Assembly: GCA_965208575.1 (NCBI GenBank)
Contig: CBDBOV010000003.1
Location: 480,001 to 544,000, forward strand
Direction of reading: 5' to 3'
DNA: 64,000 bases
Source of the DNA: Spirochaetia bacterium
Lineage (GTDB): Bacteria > Spirochaetota > Spirochaetia > SZUA-6 > Bin103
The position numbers were made by a program, and so were the translations under genes. A model generated the notes under the pieces. That model saw only the letters and a program-made list of their open reading frames with translations. It had not been told where the DNA came from and searched no databases. How positions within the stretch are numbered: position 1 is the stretch's first letter; the number at the start of each line of letters is the position of its first letter. Of this stretch, positions 63,129 through 64,000 are shown piece after piece.

Positions 63129-63955
63129 TCGACCTCAGACATGCCTTCGGTTTCCAACGCGATCCGTTCCCCCAGGACGTCCCGATCAACGGTCTGTACC
63201 CGATCCCGGGCCTGAAAGCGCTCACCGAGCGCTTTCAGTATGCCCTCGGGCTCGGCCTCATCACCGTCATCACCGGCGAGGTGGGAGCGGGAAAATCCAC
63301 TTCCCTGCGCCATGTCACGAGCACCCTGCACCCCGCCGAATACCGTCTCCTGGCGGTCATCGCCACCACCGGCACGCTGCTCGACCTGCTGCGCCAGATC
63401 TGCCTGGAGATGGGCACCCCCCCGCGCTCCTCACTGGCCGTCCTCAGCCGCACCGTGCGCGACCTGCTGACCGACATCAGGCGCAAGAAGCAGACCCCGT
63501 TGCTGGTCGTCGACGAGGCACATCTGCTCCGCTTCGAGGTGTTCGCACAGCTCCACACTCTCACTCAGTTCGCCTTCGATTCGCAGACCTTGATGCCGAT
63601 GGTGCTGGCCGGCCAGAGCAGCCTGCTTGACCGCCTGTTGTTCCATACCTCGCGCCCGCTCGCCTCACGGGTCGTGGGCCGCAGCCACCTCGATGCTCTC
63701 TCCCTTGATGACATGCGCGGCTACCTCGACCACCATCTGCAGCTCGCCGCCGGGCGGGACACCCAGTCCGCCACAGCGCGGCGCAGCGCCGACCTGCTCA
63801 GCGACGAAGCCGCCGTCGCCATCCATCAGGGCTCCGGCGGGCTCCTGCGGCGCGCCAATCATCTCGCCCGCGGCGCCCTCATGGCGGCCGCTCGCGAGCA
63901 TTGCTCGGTGGTCGCCGCCGAGCATGTCCGGCTCGCTGCCACCGAGATTCTGTAG
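63125..63955 (+). CDS. ExeA/AAA_22 ATPase (transposition helper)
   Basis: GEVGAGKS, VVDEAH, LAGQ; ATGA overlap with transposase. Confidence 0.9.
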   Translation: MIDLRHAFGFQRDPFPQDVPINGLYPIPGLKALTERFQYALGLGLITVITGEVGAGKSTSLRHVTSTLHPAEYRLLAVIATTGTLLDLLRQICLEMGTPPRSSLAVLSRTVRDLLTDIRRKKQTPLLVVDEAHLLRFEVFAQLHTLTQFAFDSQTLMPMVLAGQSSLLDRLLFHTSRPLASRVVGRSHLDALSLDDMRGYLDHHLQLAAGRDTQSATARRSADLLSDEAAVAIHQGSGGLLRRANHLARGALMAAAREHCSVVAAEHVRLAATEIL

Positions 63956-64000
63956 GTCGGTTCCGTGATCAACGTCGCTATCAGAAAAATCGCCGGCAGC

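Larger units (their letters stand above)
60763..64000 (+). mobile_element. Mu/IS21-like transposon: zinc-finger protein + DDE transposase + ExeA-type ATPase
   Basis: Starts TGT exactly where adhesin sequence stops; right end at or just beyond window edge. Confidence 0.8.

Overview
High-GC bacterial chromosomal window with two parts. 1-31.9 kb is mostly metabolic and housekeeping genes: JAMM protease, ThiS/MoaD-MoeB-rhodanese fusion, YbdK ligase, TRAP transporter, NCS2 permease fusion, S8 protease, MEMO1-like and PhyH genes, leuC/leuD/ilvD, an enolase-family dehydratase and a deaminase. Stand-alone ATPase/nuclease genes are interspersed (two AAA_14-DUF4143 ATPases, ABC-type ATPase+DUF3226, ABC-type ATPase+PIN, Uma2). 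32-64 kb is an accessory island containing gene debris (P450, autotransporter tail, HNH), a DUF772-DDE IS, YfbU, a cargo-carrying IS1595, an intact Hachiman (HamAB) system, nested IS630 and cargo-carrying IS3 inside an IS relic, and a tyrosine-recombinase + IS91-type transposase element. It ends with a ~9.2 kb adhesin gene with a 4-domain higher-order repeat, decapitated by a zinc-finger/DDE/ExeA transposon. No rRNA, tRNA or CRISPR array was recognised. Best novelty candidates: the two ATPase-effector pairs in the leu/ilv cluster, the permease fused to an RsbW-like domain, the integrase-IS91 element with inverted ends, and an RRE-like MEMO1 fusion. All family calls are by motif recognition; no database searches were run.
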